The position numbers and the translations under genes are program-made. A DNA stretch of 64,000 bases from Botryllus schlosseri (taxonomy: Eukaryota), in assembly GCA_051294905.1 (NCBI GenBank), contig CM119374.1, positions 19,592,001 through 19,656,000 of the forward strand, read 5' to 3'. Under the pieces are notes generated by a model that saw only the letters and a list, made by a program, of their open reading frames with translations, was not told the DNA's origin and did not search any database. Below, in pieces: positions 60,846 to 64,000 of the stretch (within the stretch, counting starts at the first letter, position 1; each line of letters opens with the position of its first letter).

Positions 60846-63800
60846 TAACATGATGATGTTATTTTTATACCGATCCTTTTTCGGTAGCACAGTTTGTGTG
60901 TTTTTCTCGGAGGGAATTACTCTTTGAAAATTTTGAACCCAATCGGTTTCACACCATTCGGAATGTCGTGAAATGAGTGATATTTTGTGTGCAAATCAAT
61001 ATTTAACGAATGAAGCCACATGAAAGAGTAGAAAATGGCTTCGCGTATTGGCAAACACACCAAGTGGGGTATCGTGTCGTCTTGAAAATGTTGACCTTGT
61101 CGTGAGAAATTATGCAAAAACGCCACCCAACCATTATTCTTGTCGATCCATATTTGTCTGGCGGGTGGTGAACTGTATATATTTCCATCAGGGCCATAAA
61201 CTGTATCACTTGAATGAAGTACTGCTATTTTCGTATGTCTGTGACGTCAGTTTCGTTAGCCTACTTGTCGATAGCGCGCTAACCATACCCATGTTTCGTC
61301 ACATCATAGTGAATGAATTCGAACGCGTATTCAATATTTTAAGCGACAGACATCCACCTTCCTTGGTGTATATGAATAAAAAGGACATGGGCATGTCCGC
61401 TTACGTGCAGAAAGTGACGCAATGAGATGTTTCAAAAATACATATCCAAATACAGACAGATTGCACACAGCTGAGACCTAACTAGACAACGCCAGTCGTC
61501 ATGACGAATAGCATCCGGCATTTGACAACAAATGTGAGTTATTTCGGAAATTTCGATGTCATACAGACGCCGCAGCCGCATTGATTCTTGTGTTATAAAT
61601 AATTTTTTGACGTTTACATGTACTAAATATAGCAAATAAGAACTAGATTACCCTATCTGCTACAGTTCCAACACAAAAAATTATTGGACCAATTCAGTAT
61701 TTCAGCTCGAAACTGCAATGATATCCAACCTATTGAAGTGACGATAGTTTGTGCAGACGATTTTCGTAATCCTAATGCTATGCGGCGGGCTGAGATAAAT
61801 CTATAACGTATAAGTGCATGCTACGATACCATATTTGGCAATATTTTTACCGGAAGAAAGATTGTAATGATATCCTTATGCCTAAACACACTGCTGAACA
61901 GTGGGCGCACAGTACAGTGCCCGCATGGCAAGTCGTGAGTCGAATTTCAGTTCTCTCTGGGCCTACGACAGAAGTTATCGTAGACCCCGGTTCTTTACAT
62001 ACCAATACTCATGCTGAAAGCTACTGCATGAGTGGCATTCAGTACGTCTCGCAACCATGAATTACATCTACATTGAGAATTCTACAGGCCACTTATGTGG
62101 TATAGAGAAATGAACCTTATTATTATTAGACTGGTGTTTAATGATACCCTTCTCTGCCAATATGTGCAATGTGCATGAGATGACATGCGATGGCTAGTTT
62201 TGTTTCAACATACAGGTCAAAGCCAACCACCGATTACAAATAGGAATGCGAGACTGCTGTGCACTTACGTCTTATATTTCCAAACTGTTCAGTGAGTTTA
62301 AACGGTGGTAAGAAGCGGGTTGGCTATACCAGGACCCAGTAGTATTTTGCTTCATATCTAAACGAAACTCACAGTCCATCTTGTTCCAGCCAATACTTCG
62401 AATTCTTCTCACGCTGATAGTGACCGATGTCCAGGCATAATTATTTGAGGCATATGCCAAAATTGCCAAAAATAGCTTATTTTTGATATTTTTCAGATTT
62501 TCTTTTTTTTTAAATTTTGGCATCTCCATGAATCACTAGTTTTATGCTGTAATTAAATAGAAAACGTTTTAATTTGGCCTTTCTTATCCAACGACAGTCA
62601 TAAAACATGCAGTTTGCCATCAGTGGCAACAAACGTCAAGAGAAAACGAATTTACAACGATGTTGGAGAGCGAATTCACCCGATACAAAACCGACAGCTT
62701 CTGCATAGCATCAAAGTTCAATTGTTGATTCGCTATGCGTGCAAAAATCACGGGCAGTCACGCCGGTCACAGTACTACTTATCATACCAATTCAAAAGGG
62801 TTGCTGTTACTTCTTGATATCAGCCTTCACTCTATACCCTCATCACGAGTGTAACTATGAGCGGATTCAATTTTTAATATATTATTAAAAATAGACTATA
62901 CCTAATTTTGCGGAAAGGATCATTTACTTTCTAATCGCTGGATTGATCAGTCCACAAATTGACCGTAATTCCAGATTAAATTACTCGACTTTTTGGCCTC
63001 GACCACTAAGATTTACATTTTCATTTCATGGACCCCTTGGAGCTAGTCCGCGAACTCCCAAAGGTCCCAGTTTAAGAATTTCTCTTTACACATTTGGTTT
63101 GTCGCTTTTTTTTGCATAGTCAAAATTTTACTTTGGGCATCTAGCTCACGAAATGCCAAATATAATTATGCAAACCTGTAATCGGTTATGGATACCTCAG
63201 TGGCAAATATAGACAAACAACACAATCCAGACGGAAAACGCTGCCTTCGTCGCGTAGGAAATAATGCACGCAATGGAGGAACTAATGATATCCTTATCGA
63301 ACCAAGATGGATGTCAAATTTGCCAATATGTGATAAAGTATTCCATGCAGTATTGTCAAGGATCTGACTAATATTTATTGCTTATAACTCATGCGGAAAT
63401 AGTCATCATAAATTCTCTTGCATTGCTGATCGCCGTTACCAAATTAGCATTTTTCCTAATCAAAGTACGCAGACGACTTCTGTCTGTCCAGACACTTACT
63501 TCTTTGGAAATCGAATTGATTTATTGCGATATGCCATATACAGTAGAGTGATTTCTTTGTTTCCAGCTCCCTAAGGATGTGTTCTTATGTGAAACGCGTC
63601 GGGTAGGCGCAATTATCAAGAAATTTTGCGGATAATATACCGGAATAGCACCTTTCAAGACCATGAATGATTGGTACTCTTTGCAGTATCAAAACGTGAC
63701 AGAATGCTATCTGCACATGATCTGCACGAACCACTTTTAAGCAAAATAAACTTGGGAGCAGGAAGATCCGAGCATACCTTGATCGGTCATGATGTCATGT

Positions 63801-64000
63801 TTTAGGAGTTCCCTCCGTTATTGCATGCCGAATCGCATGTTTGCGCCTCTCCGCGCAAATACATTACACGTAAGGTAGTCTTTAATCATCTCGGCATATG
63901 TATAATGCATATATACTACCTCCCCATGTGATGAGAAGCTGCTTGCATTTGTGGCGGTATACGCCATACTGCGTATAAGGTTTGTTGGAGTTTTTAATCC

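Noticed and set aside
1-64000. tRNA, rRNA, snRNA or SL-RNA genes, CRISPR arrays, prokaryotic operons
   Set aside because: The only A/B-box pairs found belong to SINE heads; no regularly spaced repeat-spacer array; the sequence is clearly intron-containing eukaryotic DNA.

Overview
AT-rich eukaryotic (invertebrate metazoan) genomic DNA. Short 55-130 nt introns and no obvious CpG depletion would fit a tunicate or similar animal, but that is inference. The window opens with the last two coding exons of a SCYL2-like gene (+ strand, ends at 1394). From 2.6 to 39.7 kb there is a dense set of transposon insertions. These are about ten hAT-type elements with 8-bp TSDs (one nested inside another's TIR), a 2.3-kb hAT derivative built from two inverted copies of the transposase 3' end, a Chapaev3-like relic, a 590-bp foldback element, two tRNA-SINE families and a LINE 3' end. 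The main non-repeat find is a spliced gene on the - strand that the ORF track misses (ATG at 42142, TATA/Inr promoter). It encodes a signal peptide, a dibasic RR site and a basic helical peptide with PTH-family-like features. Two further frame-compatible exons at 39933-39785 and 38858-38693 could give a longer precursor. In 42.3-64 kb I found no convincing gene and no intact young insertion. Most ORFs in the supplied track look like chance ORFs. All family names come from remembered motifs, not database searches.
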